64,000 nucleotides of DNA from Amoebidium appalachense (taxonomy: Eukaryota; Protista; Ichthyosporea), in contig CAVNZM010000007.1 of assembly GCA_963693365.1 (NCBI GenBank), positions 496,001 through 560,000 of the forward strand. The letters run 5' to 3'. The translations under genes were made by a program, and so were the position numbers. How positions within the stretch are numbered: the stretch's first letter is position 1; every line of letters starts with the position of its first letter. Positions 12,588 through 23,604 of this stretch are shown here, one piece after another. Below the pieces are notes generated by a model. That model made no database searches. It saw only the letters and a program-made list of their open reading frames with translations, and was not told the origin of the DNA.

Positions 12588-12867
12588 TTAGTGGTTACAC
12601 TGGCAGCGTCCGTGGTGATGGGTTTGGGGGGGAAGGGGGTGAGGGGAGTGAGGGATGTTTCGAAGAAAGAAAAGTATTGCAAGTAACAAGGGGGCATAAA
12701 GACATAGGACTAAAACAAAATGGAGGGGGAGGAGGGGGGGGATGCTGTAAACTTTGATGCGTCTCGGGGACGTGTGTAGGGACTGCGAGTTCTCTTAGAT
12801 TTGCATTTCAGAATTTTTACTCTATTCCTCCAGGTTTTTTTTATATTTTTTTTAGGGTTGGGTTGGG

Positions 12868-12900
<33 letters not shown>
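10090..12900. repeat. Low-complexity block: (GT)n, (GGGA)n and poly-G
   Basis: Directly visible simple repeats; ORFs here are repeat artefacts. Confidence 0.9.
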
Positions 12901-12903
<3 letters not shown>

Positions 12904-14230
12904 GTCATTACTTTCCTGTATTATCCTTTATGCTACTTCAAGTTTTATACCCTACAGCTTACACAGGATGTAGGCTGGTGAAAGGTTTAATGGTAGGACG
13001 TTCGGTGACGTTTGTACCACGGACCACGGGAACATCTTCCCCAGGAACAGTATTCAAAACAAAGAACTTTTATATTTTGAGGTGCTAAAAACGTGAGGAC
13101 CACTTGTTATGGCCGTTGCCCTTCTCAATCTTGGTACGGAAATGCACCCATATTATACTGCAAATGTATTGTATATGACGTGTGTATATCGTACAGGTAC
13201 TGGTAGTATATTGATAGTACCTCCTACGTAATGATTTGTTCGCATTCGAACATACTGGCAGTATATACTGAGACTATAACCAATATATGGTGTCCTTAGC
13301 TGTGTCCGTATTGGTGACAGTATTATAGATGTATTCGTGACATTGCCAATACCACTTGTGCCTTAGATATTCGCAATAGGATAAAAGTTTTCTTGCTATA
13401 TCATGTTTATGTCCTACTAATATGGATGTGATATGGGTAGGATATGATCTACATAATGTCAGTATATGTCCACCCTAATACCACGGTATTAGCAATGTAC
13501 TGCGCATACAAGGACACACCGAAAGTTTGTGAACAGGGATGTAATTCTATGAAAACTACTCCGGGACGTGTGTTGCCTCTAGGGGGACATCCCCTTGGAC
13601 GAAAGTGAACCTGCAATGGTTGTAAACCACGGCAAGCCCCCAGTCATCAATTTATTGATCCGTGAGGTCCATGTGCCCAAAAAACGGGGGAAGTCTTCGC
13701 CCCGTGAAAAAACAGCACGTATGTGTGGATCAATGGGGGTTGTGTGTGGGTGTAGGTGGGTGGGTGAAAAGGAATATATAGCTGTAAGGCTGTGGATGCT
13801 AAACACAGAAGATGTGTTTGTAGCTTGCTGATCTGCTAAAAACTGTCGTGCTTATATACCTAAGCCTACCGATCTGAGCCAATCAAAAATCGATCTAGTG
13901 ATATGTGAAATCTGATCCGAGCCAATCATAACTCGGTCTAGTGATCTGTGGTATCTGATGTTTTGACTGGCTAATAGGTGCCCGTGTGCGGGCAGCCAAC
14001 CGCTAACTGCTAAAACACGAAATGAAGCCTACATGGTTATGTTGGTATCGAACACCCATCCTACGTGTTTACCCAGAAAAATATTTATGTCAATAATTTC
14101 CACAAATAAAACCTCTATGAAAACTACTCCGGGACGTGTGTTGCCTCTAGGGGGACATCCCCTTGGACGAAAGTGAACCTGCAATGGTTGTAAACCACGG
14201 CACGAGAGCAGTATGCTTGCTCCAAAGGTT

Positions 14231-15291
14231 TCACTTAAGAATAGAGGCGAATACACGTGTGGTGGTGGCAGCAATGGAGGCCGGACGAAGTCGGGTATAG
14301 ATCAGGAAGCAGTCGGAGGACCACCGGCCGAGTTGTTTGATCCGGGAGTCGTCGACCCCGGCCTCAGCCAGTGCTGTGGCCCCCCCGATGCGGAGGCTGT
14401 GTCCGGCAAACCGGGAGGGTGAGAGGCCTGCCCGGGAGAGGAGGGCACGGAAATCGGCAGAGAAAGCACTCTTGGTGTAGGGGATGCCACCGAGACTGAA
14501 GAGGGGGTCGTCGGGTTGACCGGACGTTGTATCCAGGAACTGCCGGAGGAGATGGGCTGGGGAGAAGTGGGTGAGGGGCAGGGCAGCTAGGGTGACGTTG
14601 ACACCTCGGGCCTGTACATCCGTCTTAGAGGTTGGCAGGTGGAGGGTGGCATGGGACAAAGTACCGGTGGGGGTGTAGCTGAAGGTCACGTCCTTCCGTT
14701 TAACGTGACGGGACGGGTCGAAAGAAGTCAGGGTCTTGGAGGTAAATTCCCCTGAACGGAGGAGACCACAGAAACCGACGATGAGGGCCGTCCATAGCCG
14801 GAGATTGGCCGAGGAGGCCTTGGTGGGGCACTGGCCATGGAGTAGGCGGAGGTGGGAGGGGAGGAGGGGTTCCCTGGTGGATGAGCGGGGTCGGATGTTG
14901 TGAGAAAGCTGCCATCGGCCTACCCCCCGTAGGAACCAGGCCAGAGACTTGTCGTGGGGGTAGGGAGCAGGGAGGCCCATGTCGAGGTGGAGCCTGGTGA
15001 TGGCCGAATTGTAGCCGGTTAAGGAAGAGGCCTGTACCCCTCGTTGGGCACACCAGGCGAGAAAAAGTTGCACGGTGTGTGGGGAGGCCGGGAGGGAGGA
15101 CCCGGAGGAGGATTGCAGCCGAGATGCCACACAGAAATCGATGAACACTTTTTGCACCCGGGAGTAAAAGGCCCGAGAGTCGAGGTTGAGACTCAGGGCC
15201 TGGCATTCCTGCAGGGTAGTGGTGGCTCGAAGCAGCTCGGCCGGAGCAAAGTGGGGGGCCAATCTGCCAGTGTTGCTCCGGAACGGGAGAT
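14231..15291 (-). CDS. Tyrosine recombinase, copy 2
   Basis: Same R-K-HxxR-W-Y motifs as copy 1. The frame is open back to a CAG acceptor; the exon would start at 15291. Confidence 0.93.
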
Positions 15292-15319
15292 CTGGGGGGG
15301 GGGGGGGGGGGGGGGGGGG

Positions 15320-17003
15320 TTAGCCCAAGGGAAGGGATAGGAACTCGTGGACCCAGGAGGGGAAGGGGCAGGGCTCCGGTTGCAGGGAAGGTCGGAGTCG
15401 TCGGGCCCGGGGAAGTTGGTTACGAGAAATGGCATCGGCCAGATGGTTGAGGGGTCCTGGTAGGTAGGATGCCTGTAACGTAAATTGGTATTGCATTTCC
15501 ATGCGGGTGATGAACCGAATAAGTTTGGCCATCACGGGGTGGGGGGAAGACCGGGAGTGCAGGTCAGACACAGCACCCGTGTTGTCGCATAAAATACGGA
15601 CATGGTGGGTGGACCAGGAGGGGGCCCAGAGGGCCACGGCGGCTGCGATGGCCAGGAGTTCGATGACGGAAGAACCGAGTTTACCCTCATGAGCATAGAG
15701 GGCTTGGGTGGAGGGGGACCAGGGCATGAAGAACCATTGGTCGAGCCAGTGGCCACCTAGACCCACCGATCCGGCAGCATCAGTGGCCAGGGTGGTGTAT
15801 GTGGGGGGTGTGATGAGGTGCACCCCATTCCATGATGTGAGGAACTGGTGCCATTCGGCTATGTCGGCCCGGGCGGCAGCAGTCAGTCGTATGTGGTGGT
15901 GGCCGGCAAGGTGTGGGTGGGTCCGGAGAAGGGCCCATAGGCGCTGGGAGAAGGCCCTCCCGGGGGGAACCAGCTGGGCACACCAGGTGAGTTTGCCGAG
16001 GAGGGACTGGAGGTCCCGAATGGTGATGGTGGGCTTTGGGTGGGAAGTGAGGTCGAGTAGGTCCGAGAGCTTGGAAGCCGGGATTCGTGCCTCCATGGCG
16101 ATGGAGTCGAATTCGATACCGATGAAGACGACACGGGTAGCCGGGCCCTGCATCTTGTCTTCGGAGATGGCAATGTGCAGCTCTCGGCAGAGTTGCAGGA
16201 AGGTGGATAGGTGACGTTGGCACTGCTCTTGTGTGGGGGCGACTATAATCCAGTCGTCTACGTAGTGGCGGATGAGGGTAATACCGTGCTGGTGTGCCAG
16301 CCACTGTAGGGTGGCCGCGATCCGTTCCCAGATGGCTGGGCTAGATTTCAGGCCGAAGGGCAGTCTGGTTTCAACGTAAAAATGCCCTTGCCATTTGAAT
16401 GCCATTAAGTGGTGGTCTTCCGGTCGGATGGGCATGTGCCGGAAGGCAGCCTGCACATCTGCCACGGCCATGTAGCAGCCGGGGCCTGCGTCGAGAATGA
16501 GTTGGGTGACATCCCGGGCGCGAATGTACTGAAGTTCGTCGGGGTAGGTGATGCTGTCATTGACACTGCTACCCCGGGGCCAGGAGAGGTGGTGGATTCG
16601 ACGGTACTTGGGGGGGGTTCCCTTTCTTGGTAACGGCGCCGATGGGGGAGGAACGGTGGACGGGAAATTCGTCAAAGAATTGGGCCGGGGAGAGGGGGCC
16701 GCGCAGGTGGCCGAGGGCGACTTCTTTGGCAATATCCACCGTGATAGCGGCAGCTGCCTCCGGGGTGGTGGGTAGGTTGGGGCCCACCCGAGAGGTGGAG
16801 GGGCCGCGATAGCCGATGTCGACGCCGAATTCGACATCGTGGAGGAGTTGTGCGGCGAATGGTTGGTCCGGGTAGGAGGCCAGCAGTTCCCGGAGGCGGG
16901 AGGTGTCAATGTGGTGCTGGGGCAGCGGGCGGGCCTCCGGGTCTGAGCCTCGGGGGAAGGGGTGGTTAGCAAGGGTGGTGTACCCTTGGGGAGATCCCGG
17001 CAG

Positions 17004-17047
<44 letters not shown>

Positions 17048-17143
17048 CAGGGCCCCGGGGGGGTTAGAGTAGGGCAGCTGGGCCCAAGTGAGGGTTGGCA
17101 GGGAGGGCAGCGGGGCCCTGTGCAGGGGAATGTGCCCGAGCAC
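15320..17143 (-). CDS. Reverse transcriptase / RNase H, copy 2 (apparent +1 in G-run at 16610-16617)
   Basis: Same motifs as copy 1. G8 versus G7 in copy 1 shifts the N-terminal part out of frame; this is either a homopolymer error or a real lesion. Confidence 0.88.
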
Positions 17144-17442
17144 GCGGGGGTGTGGGCGGACACAGCGGTAGAAGAAGGGGGGGGGGAGGGAGTGCTAGGT
17201 GAGTGTAAGGGGGGGGGGGAGGCTCGTGGGATGGGGGGGGGGAGTAAAATTATGTGCAGTGGCCAGAATAAACGTCTTTGTGTAGGGACATTTATTCTTG
17301 ACGCGCGCGGGCGCCGTAGTTGGCCTGCGAAATTTTGTACTCAGCCCTATTGGCCCGTTCTCCCGAGCTCCGTTTCCCTGTACTCGTGTGTCCTAGCTCC
17401 TAACCCCTATGTTCTAGCTGTGTGTGTGGGTGTGCGCGTAGA

Positions 17443-18612
17443 CTAGGCATTGTGCTTGCAGTCTTTGCGGGGGTGTGTGCCAGAGCAGAGCGGGCACACG
17501 TGGGAGAAGGGGCAGGGCTGCTTAGCGCAGGACCGACCGTTAATGTGGAAATTCCTGCAGTGCGTCGCGGGTAGATCCACGGGTCGGGCCGGTTTTGCCG
17601 GGCCGGGTTGCGGGCCAGGGCGGTTAGGGGTGTGACCCCCGCCGGGCTTGTGGGGCGGCTTAAAGCCGTCAAGACCACAGCCGGGCTTGGGGTACATGGG
17701 GCAGGCCGCGCTGGGGTGGTCGGGGAAGCCACAGCGCTGACATGCGTCCGGGATGAGCAGAGTGGGTGGCAGGAGGAGATCCTGGTGGAGTTGGGCGAGC
17801 AGGTTGGGGCACTCGATCGGAGCCCGACCCTGCTGGTGGGCAACGGTGCGGGCGTATACGTCATAGTTGTGGATCTGGGCCCACGGGTATCGGGTGCTGA
17901 GGCGAGTGATGTGCTGAGTCCAAAGTACGTCTTTGTCCGTGGGAAGGCCGAGGTGGTGCTTGGCGGCCATGTAATGGGTCCAAGCTTGGATCCAAATGAC
18001 GAGTGAACGCAGGGGAACGGGTTTGTCTTGGCGAAAAGTCTCGATGCTGCCGTCGTCGGCCATGCGCAGATGCTGACCTTTCTTGGATGGGGCCAGGAGG
18101 GCGGCGGGGGTGAACTTATACAGGTCGACGAAACGATTGGCGCGCAAATCTGCCAGCACATCCGCGGGGGGAAGCGGGAGTGTGCCCGGCTGAATGTCGC
18201 CAGTGTTCTCACCTGTGATGGGGGGCGCGGGCAGGGCAGGTAGGTCTAGGTCAGGGCCGAGATGCAGCCCCGGGGAAACCTCCCCGGGTGTGGAGGGCGC
18301 GGCGGGGGGCGCGGGAGGGTCGCGGTTGGTGAGAGCAGCCAGGACGCCAGCCATCTGGGTGCTGATGGCGGTGAGGGCGGCCAGGACGGCGTCTTGAGAA
18401 GTCATCTGCGGGGACGGCGGGGCCTGAGGGGGGACTTCAGGAGTGGAGGGGAGAGTAGCCGGCGGGTCCGGGTCCGTGGTGGTATGGGCCGCTGGAGGCG
18501 CGTCAGTGTCCGCGGGAGCGTTGGTCAGCCTGTGGCGGAGGTCGCTGCGGGTCAGGCGCTTAGGTGCCGCGGCAGGGGCGGCGGCTGAGGCCTGGCGCTT
18601 TTTCGGCGGCAT
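17443..18612 (-). CDS. Gag-like zinc-finger protein, copy 2
   Basis: Nearly identical to 4702-5871. Confidence 0.88.
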   Translation of the reverse strand: MPPKKRQASAAAPAAAPKRLTRSDLRHRLTNAPADTDAPPAAHTTTDPDPPATLPSTPEVPPQAPPSPQMTSQDAVLAALTAISTQMAGVLAALTNRDPPAPPAAPSTPGEVSPGLHLGPDLDLPALPAPPITGENTGDIQPGTLPLPPADVLADLRANRFVDLYKFTPAALLAPSKKGQHLRMADDGSIETFRQDKPVPLRSLVIWIQAWTHYMAAKHHLGLPTDKDVLWTQHITRLSTRYPWAQIHNYDVYARTVAHQQGRAPIECPNLLAQLHQDLLLPPTLLIPDACQRCGFPDHPSAACPMYPKPGCGLDGFKPPHKPGGGHTPNRPGPQPGPAKPARPVDLPATHCRNFHINGRSCAKQPCPFSHVCPLCSGTHPRKDCKHNA

Positions 18613-18991
18613 GCTGACCGGCGTAGGGAAAGATAGGGAGAATGAAAAGGAATATATAGCTGTAAGGCTGTGGATGCTAAACACAGAAGATGTGTTTGTA
18701 GCTTGCTGATCTGCTAAAAACTGTCGTGCTTATATACCTAAGCCTACCGATCTGAGCCAATCAAAAATCGATCTAGTGATATGTGAAATCTGATCCGAGC
18801 CAATCATAACTCGGTCTAGTGATCTGTGGTATCTGATGTTTTGACTGGCTAATAGGTGCCCGTGTGCGGGCAGCCAACCGCTAACTGCTAAAACACGAAA
18901 TGAAGCCTACATGGTTATGTTGGTATCGAACACCCATCCTACGTGTTTACCCAGAAAAATATTTATGTCAATAATTTCCACAAATAAAACC

Positions 18992-21249
18992 ATACTATGC
19001 TACAAGGGGGGTTCTATACGAGCTACAACGTTGTGTTTTTTTCGTGTGACCCTCGTACTCCAGGGGCACATTCACCATCCCCCCCATAAACGTTGTGGTA
19101 AAGGTCTCGTGCTAGAAGCTGTTCTGTGGGTAGTTATTGAAAAAACCAATAATGTCTAGGTAACACATGTACATATACTATGCTCCAAGGGGGGTTCTAT
19201 ACGAGCTACAACGTTGTGTTTTTTTCGTGTGACCCTTGTACTCCAGGGGCACATTCCCCATCCCCCCCATAAACTTTGTGGTAAATGTCTCGTGCTAGAA
19301 GCTGTTCTGTGGGTAGTTATTGAAAAAACCAATAATGTCTAGGTAACACATGGACATATACTATGCTACAAGGGGGGTCTATTCGAGCTACAACATTGTG
19401 TTATTTTCGTGTGACCCTCGTACTCCAGGGGCACATTCTCCATCCCCCCCATAAACGTTGTGGTAAATTTCTCGTGCTAGAACCTGTTCGGTGGGTAGTT
19501 ACTGAAAAAACCAAAAATGTGTAAGTAACATATGTACATGTACTATGCTACAAGGGGGGTTCTATACGAGCTACAACGTTGTGTTTTTTTCGTGTGACCC
19601 TCGTACTCCAGGGGCACATTCACCATCCCCCCCATAAACTTTGTGGTAAAGCTCTCGTGCTAGAAGCTGTTCTGTGGGTAGTTATTGAAAAAACGGATAA
19701 TGTCTAGGTAACACATGTACTTATACTATGCTACAAGGGGGGTTCTATTCGAGCTACAATGTTGTGTTTTTTTCGTGTGACCCTCGTACTCCAGGGGCAC
19801 ATTCACCATCCACCCCATAAACTTTGTGGTAAATCTCTCGTGCTAGAGGCTGTTCTGTGGGTAGTTATTGAAAAACCAATAATGTCTAGGTAACATATGT
19901 ACATATACTATGCTACAAGGGGGGTTCTATACGAGCTACAACGTTGTGTTTTTTTCGTGTGACCCTCGTACTCCAGGGGCACATTCACCATCCCCCCCAT
20001 AAACGTTGTGGTAAATCTCTCGTGCTAGAGGCTGTTCTGTGGGTAGTTATTGAAAGACCAATAATGTCTAGGTAACATATGTACATATACTATGCTACAA
20101 GGGGGGTTCTATACGAGCTACAACGTTGTGTTTTTTTCGTGTGACACTCATACTCCAGGGGCACATTTACCATCCCCCCCATAAACTTTGTGGTAAATTT
20201 CTCGTGCTAGAGGCTGTTCTGTGAGTAGTTATTGAAAAACCAATAATGTCTAGATCTAGGTAACATATGTACACATACTATGCTACAAGGGGGGTTCTAT
20301 ACGAGCTACAACGTTGTGTTTTTTTCGTGTGACCCTCGTACTCCAGGGGCACATTCACCATCCCCCCCACAAACGTTGTGGTAAATTTCTCGTGCTAGAG
20401 GCTGTGCTGTGGGTAGTTATTGAAAAAACCAAGAATGTGTAAGTAACATATGTACATGTACTATGCTACAAGGGGGGTTCTATACGAGCTACAACGTTGT
20501 GTTTTTTTCGTGTGACCCTCGTACTCCAGGGGCACATTCACCATCCCCCCCCACAAACTTTGTGGTAAATTTCTCGTGCTAGAGGCTGTTCTGTGGGTAG
20601 TTATTGAAAAAACCAAAAATGTGTAAGTAACATATGTACATGTACTATGCTACAAGGGGGGTTCTATACGAGCTACAACGTTGTGTTTTTTTCGTGTGAC
20701 CCTCGTACTGCAGGGGCACATTCACCATCCCCGGCATAAACGTTTTGGTAAATAAAACGCAGTAGGCCGTCGAATGTGGCGGGGCCTCCGGCAGTGTCCA
20801 CGCAATAAAAAGTGTGTAAACCCCTAACACAATGTACATAAATACTATGCTACATGGGGGGTTCTATTCGAGCTACAAGGTTGTGTTTTTTTCGTGTGAC
20901 CCTCGTACTCCAGGGGCACATTTACCATCCCCCCCATAAACTTTGTGGTAAATGTCTCGTGCTAGAGGCTGTTCTGTGGGTAGTTATTGAAAAACCAATA
21001 ATGTCTAGGTAACATATGTACATATACTATGCTACAAGGTGGGTTCTATACGAGCTACAACGTTGTGTTTTTTTCGTGTGACCCTCGCACTCCAGGGGCA
21101 CATTCACCATCCCCCCTTATAATTTGTGGTGAATTTCTCGTGGTAGAAGCTACTCTGTGGGTAGTTATTGAAAAAACCCGATGCTTATAAGTAACGCATG
21201 CACAAATTGTCATCATAGCATTATACTACCACAGTAGTTGGTCGACAAT
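18992..21249. repeat. Tandem array 2 of the ~183-bp unit (~12 units) with the same terminal tail
   Basis: Starts immediately after A1 of copy 2 and ends ...gtagttggtcgacaat, exactly like array 1. Confidence 0.95.
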
Positions 21250-21262
21250 CGAGTGATACAGC

Positions 21263-21700
21263 ATGGTGACAGGATACGAATTCACCGAGGACTCACTCAA
21301 CGAGATGAACGAGCGTTACAGAACGTACATGTCTGCCCCCCCCGCCCCCCCCCCCCCCCAAGCCCCCCTTGTCTTCTCTCCTTCCCACTACGACCCCCCC
21401 CCCCCCCCTCCCTGCACGTGTCTAGGTGTATAGATCCTACAGGTAATGATGGCAGAACTTTCGCCATTTGGTAATGGACTCCGTGCCGCTCTAGTGCATT
21501 ATATTGTAAAGTAATATCACCAACAAAAAACGCAGGTTCGGCAAAGCTGCGTACGAGTGCTTCAAGGACTCCACCAAAAACGAACTCAAAACATCGAAAT
21601 TCCATGCTGGTGTGCATTATTCTGACGACTATCGCCTCTTTGGCCCGGTGGAGTCAGCTGAGAGCTGGGAGCGTGCACACAAATACTACTGCAAGATGCC
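21263..21700 (+). CDS. Spliced fragment of an unknown protein (exons 21263-21324, 21426-21470, 21536-21700)
   Basis: Two GT-AG introns with matching phase 2 give an open frame MVTGYEFTEDSLNEMNERYRTCIDPTGNDGRTFAIWFGKAAYECFKDS...KYYCKM. No family recognised. Confidence 0.45.
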
Positions 21701-22024
21701 GTATCGTATGACCGACAAGAACTCTGCATTGAATATTTTGCTGTTGAGTACTAGTACTCCAAAATATGGTGAAATCTACGATATCCGGCGAGCATGTTTG
21801 TATGTCGTAGTCCACATGTCGGCAATATTATGTATCGTCTTACGACCGTTTGTACCGTACGATATATCGTTTTACGACAGTAATATGGATGGTATTGTTA
21901 CAGTCTTGGGGATGGCCCATGGATATACATAAGGCGTGTTATGGATTATGTTTGGACATCTTTATTACACCTACTAGACATGTGAACCACCGAAAGGTGG
22001 ATACTACAAGATGGATACATTTGC

Positions 22025-22310
22025 ACGGTTAATAACGTGCAGGGGATTGATGGGGGCCCAACCAAATTTTGCATTAGGCAGTGTCTCTGTGTGGGTGATG
22101 TTACAGACAAAACCGGTCGGACTGTCCCCCCATTTCTGTGGGAAAAGTTATTGACCGTTGTACGTCCATATTATGCAAAATGCGCTGTAATACATCATGG
22201 AAAGGGGGGGGGATTCAACGGTTAATAACGTGCAGGGGATTGTTGGGAGCACAACCAAACTTTGCATTAGGCAGTTTCTCTGTGTGGGGGGTCTAACAAA
22301 ACCGGTCGGA
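22025..22310. repeat. Imperfect ~95-bp duplication spaced ~193 bp
   Basis: acggttaataacgtgcaggggattg...tttgcattaggcagt...caaaaccggtcgga occurs at ~22025 and ~22218. Confidence 0.75.
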
Positions 22311-22430
22311 ATGGGGGGATATCACCACTTTCATTCCGCGGCCACCTGATGAGCCTCATCCGCTTTCCACTGGCATGAGGCGTGCAAAAACAAATTCACA
22401 TGTCAGTTGCGCCCGTTAGATAATCTCCTT

Positions 22431-22629
22431 GTGATCATTATGATGACCGTATGGATTTTGGTATGTGATCACTATAATGATCGTATGAGGCATTGAATGA
22501 GATCATTATGATGATCGTATGGGGGTATAACTAGCGATCCTTATGGTGGTCGTATGGGGCATATAATGAGATCATTATAATGATCGTATGGGGGTATAAT
22601 TAGCGATCCTTATGGTGGTCGTATGGGGC
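22431..22629. repeat. Minisatellite (~34-bp monomer, ~69-bp dimer)
   Basis: Recurrent gatcattat(g/a)atgatcgtatgggg and gatccttatggtggtcgtatggggc. Confidence 0.8.
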
Positions 22630-22630
22630 T

Positions 22631-22651
22631 TCTATGAAAAACTACTCCGGG
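22631..22651 (-). mobile_element. Isolated 21-bp copy of the retrotransposon B terminus
   Basis: tctatgaaaaactactccggg matches the outer end of B, then diverges. It truncates the adjacent minisatellite. Confidence 0.6.
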
Positions 22652-22687
22652 GGTCATTCATTCCCACTGGCAGGACACCCCTACCCC

Positions 22688-22690
<3 letters not shown>

Positions 22691-22740
<50 letters not shown>

Positions 22741-22890
22741 TATATATATACATATATATATATATAGTATATAGTATACTATGTATATATACATAAAACA
22801 TATTGTACTTATACATTATAAAAACCCCAACTTATATATATATATATATATATATATGATATATATATACTATATGATATATATATATAC
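22691..22890. repeat. (TA)n microsatellite block
   Basis: Directly visible. Confidence 0.9.
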
Positions 22891-23604
22891 ACATAAAACT
22901 ATTGTACTTATACATTATAAAAACAATATTTATTATTGCAGAATTCGCCGTTTCTTATTAGTTTACAGACGTCGGAAACCTCATATTAAGATGCTCAGAA
23001 TCGCCTTCACAGTATTCTTTGTTTTCGACGTCGACGATACCCATCATGTTAGCCTACACAGTATACATACGTAGAACAGGCTTACGACGTCCATAGCACA
23101 TCTATAGCATTGGAATAGGTGCTACATTTGGTTAATGGACGGTGTAAACGCATGCACAGCATGTCCATAGGATGACGTTGGCATATACACATGAGGGTCG
23201 AGAAATCAGTGGACCTCTTTATTACCCTGTAACATGCTTGTCGACGTCGACGATGGGTTTTCAGCTTTTCCATCCATTAAAATGTCGAGGGTACCAAACG
23301 CAGCCACTCAGGTATCGTAAACTACTCCGAACCCGTCGTCGACGTCGTAGAGGGGTTTCCGATGGGGGGGGAAGATTGCTGATGTGACTAATTCACACCC
23401 AGACTTGTTATTGTATCGTGTGTGTATGCACTGCACACACACTTCAACGTGTTGAAATATACTACACAAACAAACTTATACACACATACACAGTGAAGAG
23501 CGAGCAAAGGTTTTGGAGGAAAAAAAACTAAACACCTGTCTTTACCGTGACCATACCCGTTATAGATACCATTTACTTTTACCATTTACATTTAAGGCGT
23601 TCGA

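Larger units (their letters stand above)
13546..18991 (-). mobile_element. Ngaro-type tyrosine-recombinase retrotransposon, copy 2 (5446 bp)
   Basis: Near-identical to copy 1. B2 13546-13634, A2 13765-14113, B1 14114-14202, A1 18643-18991. Flanks differ from copy 1 and there is no TSD. Confidence 0.93.

Noticed and set aside
22345-22392. Hammerhead-like CTGATGA followed by a gcctcat/atgaggc stem
   Set aside because: The required GAAA after stem II is absent (GTGC), and stems I and III were not found.
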